A stretch of 64,000 nt of DNA from an uncultured beta proteobacterium (GCA_963735025.1 CAVTJG010000009.1:744122-808121), one strand, 5' to 3'. Positions 30,019 to 39,447 are shown, counted from the first letter of the stretch. Made by a program: numbers and translations. The notes: generated by a model from the letters alone, not told the origin.

Positions 30019-31299
30019 ATGAAGATTCACATTCGCAATGGCCGGCTGATCGACCCGAAGCGCGCGATAGATGCCGTGCGCGATCTCTTCATCGCGGACG
30101 GCCGTATCGCGGGCGTCGGGACAGCGCCCGGCGGGTTCAAGGCCGATCGCGAGATCGATGCGAGCGGCCTGACGGTCGCACCCGGACTGGTGGATCTCTC
30201 CGCGCGGTTGCGCGAGCCCGGACTCGAATACAAGGCGACGCTCGATTCCGAGCTCTACGCCGCAGTCGCTGGTGGGGTGACGAGCCTCGCATGCCCGCCG
30301 GACACCGACCCGCCACTCGATGAGCCGGGGCTGGTAGAAATGCTCACGCGCCGCGCGTCGAGCCTGCATCTCGCGCGGGTCTATCCGGTCGGTGCCCTGA
30401 CCGCAAAGCTCGAGGGCGAGCGTCTTGCCGAGATGGCGATGCTGCATCATGCGGGCTGCGTCGCCTTCTCGCAGGCGGACGTGCCGATCAAGGACACCAT
30501 GGTGCTGTGGCGCGCCCTGCAATACGCGGCGACGCTGGGCTACAGCGTCTGGCTGCGCGCCCAGGATCCATTCGTCTCGCGCGAGGGCGTCGCCCACGAC
30601 GGCGACGTCGCGACGCGGCTCGGACTGCCGGGGATTCCGGCGTTCGCCGAAACGATCGCCCTCGCCACCATCCTCGAGCTCGTCCGCGCGACGGGCACGA
30701 CGGTGCACCTGTGCCGCCTGTCAACCGGGACCGGCGTAGACATGGTCCGACGGGCAAAGGCCGAAGGACTTCCGGTCACGAGTGACGTCGCAGTGCATCA
30801 CGTCCATCTTTCCGAGGTGGATATCGGCTACTACGACGCGCACTGTCATCTCGTGCCGCCGCTGCGCAGCCTGCGGGACCGCGACGCGCTGCACGCTGGC
30901 ATCATGGATGGCACGATCGACGCGATCTGCTCGGATCACACACCGGTGGACATCGATGCGAAGCAGATGCCGTTCAGCGAGTCCGGGCCCGGCGCGACCG
31001 CGCTGGAGCTCCTTCTGCCGCTCACCCTGAAGTGGGCGCAGGAGAAGCGGGTTTCGATGATCGATGCGCTTGCACGCGTCACCAGCGAGCCGGCACGCAT
31101 CCTGAAAATCGATGCGGGGCATCTCGGCGTCGGCGCACCTGCGGACATCTGCGTATTCGATCCGGAAGCGTATGTGAAGGTGACGCCAGGCACCCTGCGG
31201 AGCCAGGGAAAGAACACGCCCTTTCTCGGCTACGAGCTCCCAGGGAGGGTCTGTTTCACTCTGGTTGCCGGCGACGTCACGTACGAGGCGCGGGCGTAA
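30019..31299 (+). CDS. pyrC: dihydroorotase-like protein, probably the non-catalytic PyrC' partner of ATCase
   Basis: 426-aa amidohydrolase-fold ORF directly after pyrB. The canonical DxHxHxREPG metal motif reads DLSARLREPG, so both histidines are missing. Confidence 0.85.
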   Translation: MKIHIRNGRLIDPKRAIDAVRDLFIADGRIAGVGTAPGGFKADREIDASGLTVAPGLVDLSARLREPGLEYKATLDSELYAAVAGGVTSLACPPDTDPPLDEPGLVEMLTRRASSLHLARVYPVGALTAKLEGERLAEMAMLHHAGCVAFSQADVPIKDTMVLWRALQYAATLGYSVWLRAQDPFVSREGVAHDGDVATRLGLPGIPAFAETIALATILELVRATGTTVHLCRLSTGTGVDMVRRAKAEGLPVTSDVAVHHVHLSEVDIGYYDAHCHLVPPLRSLRDRDALHAGIMDGTIDAICSDHTPVDIDAKQMPFSESGPGATALELLLPLTLKWAQEKRVSMIDALARVTSEPARILKIDAGHLGVGAPADICVFDPEAYVKVTPGTLRSQGKNTPFLGYELPGRVCFTLVAGDVTYEARA

Positions 31300-31339
31300 G
31301 GTAGGATTTGAACAGGTGGGAACCGCCTGGTTCCCCCCG

Positions 31340-31654
31340 TTACCCCCCTTCCCGGTGCACCGGAAGCAGATTTGCCGGGTTGCACTCCGGCGAGGCGACT
31401 GTGATCAGTTTGTCGCGCGAGGTTTGGCCGCGGGCGACTGACACTTGCGCGCGGGGGACGCCGAGCTGCTCGGCGATGAACGCGACGACGGCCGCGTTCG
31501 CGCGGCCGTCGACCGGCGGAGCGGAGATCCTGATCTTTAGCCGTTCACCATGCACGCCGGCAACCGCCGTGCGCTTCGCGCCCGGCTGCACGTGTACCGC
31601 GATCGTCCAGCCGGAGGGGGTGCGGGTCAGCCAGGGCGCTCTCGCCGCGCTCAC
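31340..31654 (-). CDS. DUF167 (YggU) family protein
   Basis: C-terminal part of ORF 31340..32305 (WTIAVHVQPGAKRTAVAGVHGERLKIRISAPPVDGRAN). GTG 31654 overlaps the yggT stop (GTGA). Confidence 0.8.
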   Translation of the reverse strand: MSAARAPWLTRTPSGWTIAVHVQPGAKRTAVAGVHGERLKIRISAPPVDGRANAAVVAFIAEQLGVPRAQVSVARGQTSRDKLITVASPECNPANLLPVHREGG

Positions 31655-32217
31655 CTCATGCCCGTGAGCATCATCCGCGGCGCCCCCTCGAGCGCGATGA
31701 GCAGGATCTGGATCAGGATCAGCACGAAGAGCGGCGAGAGATCGATGCCGCCGATCGTGGGGATGAATCGTCGAAAGATGGAATAGAGTGGGCGCGTCAG
31801 CGCGTCGAACACCGGCGCAAGCGGCGAGTAGGGGCTCAGCCAGCTCGTGACGACGTGAATGATCACCACGAACATCGCGAGATACAGGCACGCACGGAAC
31901 AGCTCTATCACCGACCAGAAGAAGAGCAGCGTGCCTGCCGTCGCGAGGCCTCCGCCGACGAGCGAATAGAGCGCGATGAGCTCGACAAGTTTTGCGAGCC
32001 ACGCCAGCACGAGCGTGGAGAGATCGAGCCCCCTCGCAGTGGGCACGAAGCGCCGCAGCGGCAGTACCGCCCAGTCGGTGAGCGAGACGACGAAATGGCC
32101 GACGGGATTGCGGAACGGTGCGCGGAACATCTGCATGAAGAATCGCGCCAGCGCGAGATAGGCGATCAGACCGAAGGCGGTCCTGATGAGGAGCTCTGCG
32201 ATCTGCTCGAACATCAA
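31651..32217 (-). CDS. yggT: YggT family membrane protein
   Basis: 188-aa ORF with two YGGT-type repeats (RGLDLSTLV and GGIDLSPLF). Confidence 0.85.
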   Translation of the reverse strand: MMFEQIAELLIRTAFGLIAYLALARFFMQMFRAPFRNPVGHFVVSLTDWAVLPLRRFVPTARGLDLSTLVLAWLAKLVELIALYSLVGGGLATAGTLLFFWSVIELFRACLYLAMFVVIIHVVTSWLSPYSPLAPVFDALTRPLYSIFRRFIPTIGGIDLSPLFVLILIQILLIALEGAPRMMLTGMR

Positions 32218-33026
32218 TCCCTCCCGAGCTCGTCGCCCAGCTCGCGCGCCCGCCGGTTCGCAGCGTGGATCGCTCGCACGATGGCGTCCTGGACGTGGTC
32301 CGCATTCATCGAGGCGAGCGCCTGCTCGGTCGTGCCTCCCTTCGAGGTCACGCGCTCCCGGAGCACTGCGGCCGGCTCGGTGGATCGCGCGGCCAGCTCC
32401 GCCGCGCCGCGCATGGTTTCGATGGCGAGCAGGTTGCCGGTCTCCGGCGGCAGCCCCATTTCGCCCGCTGCCCGCTGCATCGCTTCGAGGAAGTAGAAGA
32501 CGTATGCGGGGCCGCTACCGGAGAGCGCGGTGACCGGATCGAGCAGCGCTTCGTCGTCCACCCACACGAGCTTTCCGGCCGCCGAGAGGATTGCGCTCAC
32601 GAGCTCGCGCTGATTCGCGTCCACGGCGGGCTTGGCGTAGACGGCAGTGATCCCGGCGCCGATCAGCGCGGGCGTGTTCGGCATGCACCGGGCCAGACGC
32701 GATTTGCCGCCCAGCCAGCGGCCGATGTCATCCATGCGGACTCCGGCCGCAATGGAGACCACGAGCTGATCCGCGAGGTGGGGCGCGAGTGCGCGACAGA
32801 CTTCGCGCATCTGCTGAGGCTTGATTGCCAGGACGACTGCGTCACCGTGCGGGACCGCTTCCGCCGGCGTCTCGAAGCACGCGATGCCGAACTTCTCCGT
32901 GTGACGCGCGCGTGCCTCGTGTAGCACCTCGACGACCCTCAAATCGGATGCGGCAACACCGCGCGCCATCAAGCCGCCGATCAGCGCGGTCGCCATGTTG
33001 CCGCCGCCGATGAATGTGACCCTCAC
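32214..33026 (-). CDS. proC: pyrroline-5-carboxylate reductase
   Basis: ORF 32214..33224, with the likely start at GTG 33026 preceded by an SD (GGGGGAGGG). It has FIGGGNMATALIGG and TSKGGTTEQAL motifs. Confidence 0.92.
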   Translation of the reverse strand: MRVTFIGGGNMATALIGGLMARGVAASDLRVVEVLHEARARHTEKFGIACFETPAEAVPHGDAVVLAIKPQQMREVCRALAPHLADQLVVSIAAGVRMDDIGRWLGGKSRLARCMPNTPALIGAGITAVYAKPAVDANQRELVSAILSAAGKLVWVDDEALLDPVTALSGSGPAYVFYFLEAMQRAAGEMGLPPETGNLLAIETMRGAAELAARSTEPAAVLRERVTSKGGTTEQALASMNADHVQDAIVRAIHAANRRARELGDELGRD

Positions 33027-33105
33027 TTTCCCTCCCCCTCGCTCCTGCGCTCGCACAGGAGGGGTGAGTTTAGCAGGGGTGAGTTTCGAAGCCGCGGGTC
33101 GATCC

Positions 33106-33792
33106 TCACTTCGGTCGCGGGCCGAATATCGCGGTGCCCACTCGCACCATGGTGCTGCCCGCAGCGATCGCCGCTTCGAAATCGTCGGACATTCCCATCG
33201 ACAAGGTGTCCAGGGCGAAACCATCCCGGTTCAGCGCATCGCGCAATGCGCGCAGCGATTCGAAGTGTTCGCGCTGCAGCACCGGGTCGGCAGTCGGCGC
33301 GGGAATCGCCATCAAGCCGCGCAGCTTGAGGCGCGGAAGGCGGGAAACCGCCATTGCAAGCGGGCGAACCTCGTCCGGCGTGATCCCTGCCTTCGTCGCC
33401 TCCCCGCTCACGTTCACCTCGATGCAGACCTGGAGCGCCGGCATTGTCGCGGGTCGTTGCGCGGCGAGCCGCTCCGCGACCCTCAGCCGGTCCACTGCGT
33501 GTACCCAGGCGAAGGACTCGGCGATGGGCCGCGTCTTGTTGCTCTGAACGGGTCCGATGAAGTGCCACGTGAGACCCAGGTCGGCCAGCGCGGCGATTTT
33601 CGCGAGCGCCTCTTGCGCGTAGCTCTCCCCGAAATCGCGCTGGCCGGCCGAGCGGGCGGCACGAACCGCGTCCGGCCCGAATGTCTTGGAGACTGCGACG
33701 AGAACTATTTCACGAGGGTCCCGCCCCGCGGAGCGAGCACTCCGCTCGATCCGGGAATTTACGCCTTGTAGGTTCGCTGCGATTGTGTTCAT
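33106..33792 (-). CDS. yggS: YggS family pyridoxal-phosphate homeostasis protein
   Basis: ORF 33106..33966, with the likely start at ATG 33792. It has the VAVSKT (PLP lysine), HFIGPVQSNK and LSMGMSDDFEAAI motifs. Confidence 0.9.
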   Translation of the reverse strand: MNTIAANLQGVNSRIERSARSAGRDPREIVLVAVSKTFGPDAVRAARSAGQRDFGESYAQEALAKIAALADLGLTWHFIGPVQSNKTRPIAESFAWVHAVDRLRVAERLAAQRPATMPALQVCIEVNVSGEATKAGITPDEVRPLAMAVSRLPRLKLRGLMAIPAPTADPVLQREHFESLRALRDALNRDGFALDTLSMGMSDDFEAAIAAGSTMVRVGTAIFGPRPK

Positions 33793-33909
33793 AATTCTCA
33801 GGTTCGCACGGGAACCGACTGAATTACAGAGATTTTTCGGTCCGAAACCCGGACTGGGCACCGATCGGCATTCCGGCGCCACCCCGCCGCACAACCAGGG
33901 ACGAATTAT

Positions 33910-34953
33910 ATGGATATCACCGAGCTGCTCGCCTTCGTCGTCAAGAACAAGGCGTCTGACCTGCACCTCTCATCCGGCCTGCCGCCGATGATCCGCGTGC
34001 ACGGGGACGTGCGGCGCATCAATCTGCCGCCAATGGAGCACAAGGACGTGCACGCGATGGTGTACGACATCATGAACGACGCGCAGCGGAAGGCCTACGA
34101 AGAGAATCTGGAGTGCGACTTCTCGTTCGCGGTGCCGGGGCTCGCGCGCTTTCGCGTGAACGCATTCAACCAGAACCGTGGCGCGGCGGCGGTGATGCGG
34201 ACGATTCCTTCGAAGGTGCTGACGCTCGAGGACCTCAATGCGCCGAAGATCTTCGCCGAGATTGCCAAGCAGCCGCGCGGCATCGTGCTCGTGACCGGCC
34301 CGACCGGCTCCGGCAAATCGACCACGCTCGCGGCGATGGTCAATGACATCAACGAGAACGAGCACGGCCACATCCTCACGATCGAGGACCCGATCGAATT
34401 CGTGCACGAGAGCAAGAAGTGCCTGATCAACCAGCGCGAGGTCGGTCCGCACACGCTTTCATTCTCCAACGCGCTGCGCAGCGCGCTGCGGGAGGACCCG
34501 GACGTCATCCTCGTCGGCGAGATGCGCGACCTCGAGACCATCCGCCTGGCGCTGACCGGCGCGGAAACCGGTCACCTGGTATTCGGCACGCTGCACACCA
34601 GCTCCGCCGCCAAGACGATCGACCGGATCGTCGACGTGTTCCCGGCGGCGGAAAAGGAGATGGTTCGCGCGATGCTCTCCGAGTCGCTGCGCGCGGTGAT
34701 CGCACAGACCCTGATGAAGACGAAGGACGGCGAGGGACGCGTTGCGGCGCACGAGATCATGATCGGCACGCCGGCCATCCGCAACCTGATCCGCGAGAAC
34801 AAGATCGCGCAGATGTACTCGGCGATCCAGACCGGCCAGCAGCTCGGCATGCAGACGCTCGACCAGAACCTCACGGAACTCGTCAAGCGCGGCGTGGTGA
34901 ACGTCTCCGAAGCCCGCGCGCGGGCGCAGAACAAGGACGCCTTCATCGGCTGA
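33910..34953 (+). CDS. pilT: type IV pilus retraction ATPase PilT
   Basis: 347-aa ORF with MDITELLAFVVKNKASDLHL, Walker A (GPTGSGKST) and AHEIMIGTPAIRNLIRE. Confidence 0.95.
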   Translation: MDITELLAFVVKNKASDLHLSSGLPPMIRVHGDVRRINLPPMEHKDVHAMVYDIMNDAQRKAYEENLECDFSFAVPGLARFRVNAFNQNRGAAAVMRTIPSKVLTLEDLNAPKIFAEIAKQPRGIVLVTGPTGSGKSTTLAAMVNDINENEHGHILTIEDPIEFVHESKKCLINQREVGPHTLSFSNALRSALREDPDVILVGEMRDLETIRLALTGAETGHLVFGTLHTSSAAKTIDRIVDVFPAAEKEMVRAMLSESLRAVIAQTLMKTKDGEGRVAAHEIMIGTPAIRNLIRENKIAQMYSAIQTGQQLGMQTLDQNLTELVKRGVVNVSEARARAQNKDAFIG

Positions 34954-35047
34954 CCGGCAGGTCCCAGCCGGTCTCGCGGCGGGGATCCCGAGTGGCTGGA
35001 CCAGGCGCATAATGGACGCGTTGCGCGTCCCTCGAACGAGGTAGACC

Positions 35048-36187
35048 ATGGAACGAGACCAGGCATCCAAATTCATCAACGACCTTCTGCGGTTGATGGT
35101 CAACAAGAAGGCATCCGACCTTTTCATCACGGTCGGCTTTCCGCCAGCCATCAAGGTCGACGGCAAGGTGACGCCGGTTTCGCAGCAGCCCCTCACGCCG
35201 CAGCACACCCAGGATCTCGTGCGCTCGGTGATGAACGACCGGCAGGCCGCCGAGTTCGAATCGAACAAGGAATGCAATTTCGCGATCAGCCCGGCCGGCA
35301 TCGGCCGGTTCCGGGTCAACGCCTTCGTGCAGATGGGCTCGATCGGCATGGTGCTGCGGACCATCAACGCCAAGATCCCGACCTTCGAAGAGCTGGGCCT
35401 GCCACCCGTGCTGCGGGAGGTCGCGATGACCAAGCGCGGGCTGGTGATCATGGTCGGCGCGACCGGCTCGGGCAAGTCCACCTCGCTCGCCGCGATGGTC
35501 GGACACCGGAACCAGAACTCCTACGGCCACATCATCACGATCGAGGACCCGGTCGAGTACGTGCATCCGCACGTGAACTGCATCATCACCCAGCGCGAGA
35601 TCGGGGTGGACACGGAATCCTGGGAAGTGGCGCTCAAGAACACCCTGCGGCAGGCGCCGGATGTCATCCTGATGGGCGAGATACGCGATCGCGAGACGAT
35701 GGACTACGGCATCGCGTTCGCGGAAACGGGCCACCTTTGCATGGCGACCCTGCACGCGAATAGCGCGAACCAGGCACTCGACCGGATCATCAACTTCTTC
35801 CCCGAGGAGCGCCGCCCGCAGCTCCTGATGGACCTCTCGCTCAACCTGCGCGGCATGGTGTCGCAGCGACTCGTGGCGCGGAAAGAGGGCAAGGGCCGGA
35901 TCGCGGTGATCGAGGTCATGCTGAACTCACCGTTGATCTCCGACCTGATCTTCAAGGGCGAGGTGCACGAGATCAAAGAGATCATGAAGCGCTCGCGCGA
36001 GCTCGGGATGCAGACCTTCGACCAGCATCTTTTCGATCTCTACGATACGGGCATCATCACCTACGAGGACGCGCTGCGTAACGCCGACAGCGTCAACGAT
36101 TTGCGGCTCATGATAAAGCTTCATTCCACCGAGGCGAAGAACCGCGACATCACGCAAGGCATCGATCACCTCTCCATCTCGAACTGA
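35048..36187 (+). CDS. pilU: type IV pilus ATPase PilU
   Basis: 379-aa PilT paralogue directly downstream of pilT, with Walker A (GATGSGKST) and a longer C-terminus. Confidence 0.9.
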   Translation: MERDQASKFINDLLRLMVNKKASDLFITVGFPPAIKVDGKVTPVSQQPLTPQHTQDLVRSVMNDRQAAEFESNKECNFAISPAGIGRFRVNAFVQMGSIGMVLRTINAKIPTFEELGLPPVLREVAMTKRGLVIMVGATGSGKSTSLAAMVGHRNQNSYGHIITIEDPVEYVHPHVNCIITQREIGVDTESWEVALKNTLRQAPDVILMGEIRDRETMDYGIAFAETGHLCMATLHANSANQALDRIINFFPEERRPQLLMDLSLNLRGMVSQRLVARKEGKGRIAVIEVMLNSPLISDLIFKGEVHEIKEIMKRSRELGMQTFDQHLFDLYDTGIITYEDALRNADSVNDLRLMIKLHSTEAKNRDITQGIDHLSISN

Positions 36188-36207
36188 CGGCGCCACCGCG
36201 CGCCAGG

Positions 36208-36237
36208 AAAAAAGGGCCGGCCATGCCGGCCCTTTTC
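36208..36237 (+). terminator. rho-independent terminator after pilU (bidirectional shape)
   Basis: An A6 run, then the stem gggccgg (36214-36220) / ccggccc (36226-36232) with a short loop, then TTTT (36233-36236). Confidence 0.75.
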
Positions 36238-36498
36238 AGTTGCATTTCCCTTCCGGGAGTTGCCCACTTGCGCCCTTGTGCACGCTTCCCGCACGGACCG
36301 ACGGCGCCGTGAGCTCCAGCCGGCCCGGCTGGCGCGTCCGGCAACCGTGACGTGAATGGATCACAGATTTCCGCCGTATCCGATCACTGAACCCCGCAGT
36401 GGGAAGCGCGACTATACGGTCCATCAGCACTGCGCTGGAACGGTTCCGGAAGACAGGCGCTGATAATTCAACCACACTCACTTGAAAGGAGTATCGAA

Positions 36499-36708
36499 AT
36501 GAAAAAGCTCTATGGTCTGATCGCTGGTGTCGCGCTTGCTGGTGTTGCCCCGTTTGCCCTGGCCGATGCCGATCCGCTGTACCTCATGCCCGAAGTGGGC
36601 GGCGCCGAAATCACCTTCAACGTTCAGCCGGACGAGACGGGGATCAACGACGCGGCCGACACCAACGCGTTCTTTAACGCGGGCACGGGCGGCGTGTCCT
36701 CGAACTAA
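36499..36708 (+). CDS. small secreted hypothetical protein (69 aa)
   Basis: A strong SD (GAAAGGAG) lies 7 nt before the ATG. The signal peptide is MKKLYGLIAGVALAGVAPFALA, and the acidic mature part has no recognisable family. The N-terminus resembles the start of an outer-membrane beta-barrel protein, so this could be a truncated remnant. Confidence 0.5.
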   Translation: MKKLYGLIAGVALAGVAPFALADADPLYLMPEVGGAEITFNVQPDETGINDAADTNAFFNAGTGGVSSN

Positions 36709-36781
36709 GCTGGCACCACTGAGACTGGAAGCGCGACCTAGGAGGGTAGGCAGAAAAACCGGCCTAGCGTACATAGCTTCT

Positions 36782-36819
36782 GCACTGCGCCCGCACCGGC
36801 AACGTTGCGGGCGCAGTGC
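36782..36819. terminator. 14-bp perfect hairpin between convergent genes
   Basis: gcactgcgcccgca (36782-36795) pairs with tgcgggcgcagtgc (36806-36819). No clear U tract follows on either strand. Confidence 0.45.
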
Positions 36820-36858
36820 GTTCTGCTGGCCCGGGGATCGGGGCGCGCGCCGGCGCTG

Positions 36859-37516
36859 CTACCAGGCGCGGGGCGGCCGGCGCTGAACAACGATTCTCCC
36901 GTTGTCGTACGCGATATAGCCGCCGGTGTTCAGGTCCTTGAGAATGCGACTGACCATCTCGCGCGATGCGCTGACGCGATCGGCAATGTCCTGCTGCGTG
37001 AAGCGTTGGTCGATGATGAGTCGCCCGTCGATGTCCTTGGCGAGCCCGAGGAGAAGCTTCGCCACCCTTCCGTAAACGTCCAGCTGCGCAAGATCCTTGA
37101 GAGTCTCGGTCATATGGCGCACGCGGCCAATGAGCCCCGGATGAGCTGCAAGGCCGCCTCGGGATGGCTTGCGAGAAAGTCCCGGAGCATATAGTTCGCG
37201 ATCACCGCCATCCGGCACGCTTCCAGCGTCGCAACCGATGCCGACCGCGGTCCTTCGTCGAGCGCGAACTCACCGAAATACTCGCCCGGCCCCTGGACGT
37301 TGAGACGAGGTCTTTGCCGTTCTCGTCACTGACGACGACCTTCACGCGGCCGGAGAGAATCACGTAGAGCGAGTCGCTGCGTTCCCCTTCGGTCACTACG
37401 ATCGTGTTCTTCGGGTAGGTGCGCACGATCGCAGCTTCGGAAAGCGCCGCGACCTCTTGCTTCGAGAGCCCGGAGAAGAGCGAAACCGCCTGCAGTGACT
37501 CGACGGTGGAGAGCAT
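36859..37516 (-). pseudogene. Crp/Fnr family transcriptional regulator with two frameshifts (or assembly indels)
   Basis: The N-terminal cNMP-binding part is in ORF 37202..37648 (start ATG 37516, MLSTVESLQAVSLFSGLS). The middle part (LNVQGPGEYFGEFALDEGPRSASVATLEACRMAVIANYMLRDFLASHPEAALQLIRG) is readable only in a third frame. The HTH tail is in ORF 36859..37218 (IGRVRHMTETLKDLAQLDVYGRVA...QQDIADRVSASREMVSRILKDL). The breaks are near 37304 and 37134. Confidence 0.75.
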
Positions 37517-37686
37517 GGTCTGGGGGTATGGTTCGCCGCCATGATATCCCGGAGCGTCGGGCCGGCGTGAAGATCTCACAAGTATTCGGTGCGCTGGCAT
37601 GCAGATCGTGCGACGCCTTGGGCGTAGCGTTGGGTCATGCGTCGGCAAGGACCTGTGCGGACGACCTTACAGAAAAGGAGGTTCAC

Positions 37687-37962
37687 GTGAAGCTCAAGAC
37701 ATACGCCGCAGCCCTCGTAGGGGTGGCTCTGGCCACGGCCTCGGGGATCGGCCTCACCCAGGAGCACGAGCTCTTGGCCGGGGCGCTCCAGTCCTCGTGT
37801 ACACCCGAACGGCAGAAATGCCTGGAAAGGCTCGAGCGGCGCCTCCCCCTGGACGGCGGAACCCGCGACCGCTCCGAGATCGAAAGTGCGTTGTTCCATC
37901 TGCAGGCGAACAATCCGGAGTGCGCGTTGCTGCTCCAGGGCACCGTGCTGCTCGGCTTCTAG
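37687..37962 (+). CDS. small hypothetical protein with an N-terminal signal-like segment (91 aa)
   Basis: The in-frame GTG at 37687 is preceded by an SD (AAGGAGG, 37675-37681). The N-terminus is hydrophobic (KLKTYAAALVGVALATASG), the protein has three Cys residues, and no family is recognised. Confidence 0.4.
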   Translation: MKLKTYAAALVGVALATASGIGLTQEHELLAGALQSSCTPERQKCLERLERRLPLDGGTRDRSEIESALFHLQANNPECALLLQGTVLLGF

Positions 37963-38200
37963 CTCGGGGCCGCGCCGGCGCCATGCGGGTGACGCGGGCG
38001 GCGCCCCCCAGCTCGACACCCCGCACCCCGATTCCTAGATCGGGGCCTGATCGCTCCCCTGTAACCGAACGGTCATCTTTTGCGGGGATCATTTCGATAC
38101 TCTTGAAAACGTATAATCGGGTACCACGATCGCTACCGCCGCCGCGGCTGCAGGCAATGCGCGGGCGAGTCGGGCGCGTCCCCGAGCTGCAAGGGAGAGG

Positions 38201-38717
38201 GTGACCATGATCGAACCGAAAAGGTACAACGTGCTGTTCCTTTGCACCGGCAATTCCGCGCGCAGCATCTTCGGCGAGGTGATCATGAACGACCTCGGGA
38301 TGGGGCGATTCATGGGTTACAGCGCCGGGAAGCTACCCCCGCGGCGAGGTGCATCCGCTGACACTCGAGGTCCTGAAGCTGCATCGAATACCGACCGAGG
38401 GGCTGCGCAGCAAGGATTGGGAGGAGTTCACCAGGCAGGGTGCGCCGCGCATGGACTTCGTCTTCACCGTCTGCGATCGGGCGGCCGCGGAACAGTGTCC
38501 GCTGTGGCCGGGCCAGCCGATTAGCGCGCACTGGGGCGTGCCCGACCCGGCCGAGGCCGAAGGTGACGAGGCGACCCGCATGCTCGCCTTCAGGCAGGCA
38601 TTCAAGGCGCTCGAGAACCGCATCAAGATCTTCACCAGTCTTCCCTTCGCGTCGCTGGACGAGCTGAAGCTCGCGCAGAAACTGCACGAGATCGGTCAGA
38701 TGCCCACCGATTCGTAG
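38201..38717 (+). pseudogene. arsC: arsenate reductase / low-molecular-weight phosphatase family protein, frameshifted (or assembly indel)
   Basis: ORF 38201..38524 carries the P-loop ([11 protein letters not shown]). ORF 38349..38717 carries the rest (HPLTLEVLK...DFVFTVCD...[10 protein letters not shown]). The two join if one A of the AA at 38330-38331 is removed (YSAG|[10 protein letters not shown]). Confidence 0.75.
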
Positions 38718-38884
38718 TCGGTCCGCACCTCCGCGCGGGTGTGGCCGCGCGGAATATCAGGATAGGTTCTAAAATGACCGCGCGCCTTGGGAGGGGCCAC
38801 ACCGCGACGGCGCCCGCATTGTCATTGTCGATGTGCCGGGCAGATTCCCGCACCGGTGCATTGCAGGCAAAGGGGGAAACGGTC

Positions 38885-39421
38885 ATGGACATCAAGTCGC
38901 TGCATCACGTCGCCTATCGGTGCAAGGACGCTCGCGAGACCGCGGATTTCTATACCCGCATCCTGGGGCTGGAGTACGCGATGGCGGTCGCCGAAGACCG
39001 GGTGCCGAGCACCGGGGAGCACTCTCCCTACATGCACGTGTTCTTCCGGATGGACGACGGAAGCTATGTCGCGTTCTTCGAAGTGCCGGAATCGCCGCCG
39101 ATGGGGCGCGACGAAAATACCCCGGCATGGGTTCAGCATCTCGCGCTGCGCGTGGCGGACGAAGAAACGCTCCTCGTGTACAAGGCGAAGCTCAAGTCGT
39201 ACGGTGTCGAGGTGATCGGTCCGACCGATCACGTCTTCTGCAAGTCGATTTATTTCTTCGACCCGAACGGGCACCGCCTGGAGCTGACGGTCGACACGAT
39301 GAACGCCGAGATGACCAGGCGGCTCGGCGACGTGCGCGACGCGATGCTCGACGAGTGGAGCCGCACCAAGCGCGCGCCGCAGCACGCCGCGTGGGTGCAC
39401 GAGAAAGCACTGCAAACCTGA
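38885..39421 (+). CDS. VOC (glyoxalase/dioxygenase) family protein
   Basis: Start at ATG 38885 after an SD (AAGGGGGAAA). The sequence includes LHHVAYRCKDARETADFYTRILGL, HLALRV and IYFFDPNGHRLELT. Confidence 0.8.
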   Translation: MDIKSLHHVAYRCKDARETADFYTRILGLEYAMAVAEDRVPSTGEHSPYMHVFFRMDDGSYVAFFEVPESPPMGRDENTPAWVQHLALRVADEETLLVYKAKLKSYGVEVIGPTDHVFCKSIYFFDPNGHRLELTVDTMNAEMTRRLGDVRDAMLDEWSRTKRAPQHAAWVHEKALQT

Positions 39422-39447
39422 ATCATCATCGGAAGGAGAGCGCCATC

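Noticed and set aside
33056-33086. A short tandem duplication (aggggtgagttt ... aggggtgagttt) in the yggS-proC spacer.
   Set aside because: There are only two copies of about 12-15 bp with no obvious function. It was noted but is too small to interpret.
38085-38120. A TATAAT hexamer (38112-38117) with nearby TTGAAA upstream of the arsC-like gene, considered as a sigma-70 promoter.
   Set aside because: TTGAAA is only 4 nt from TATAAT, and no good -35 hexamer lies at a 16-18 nt spacing. This is too weak to annotate.
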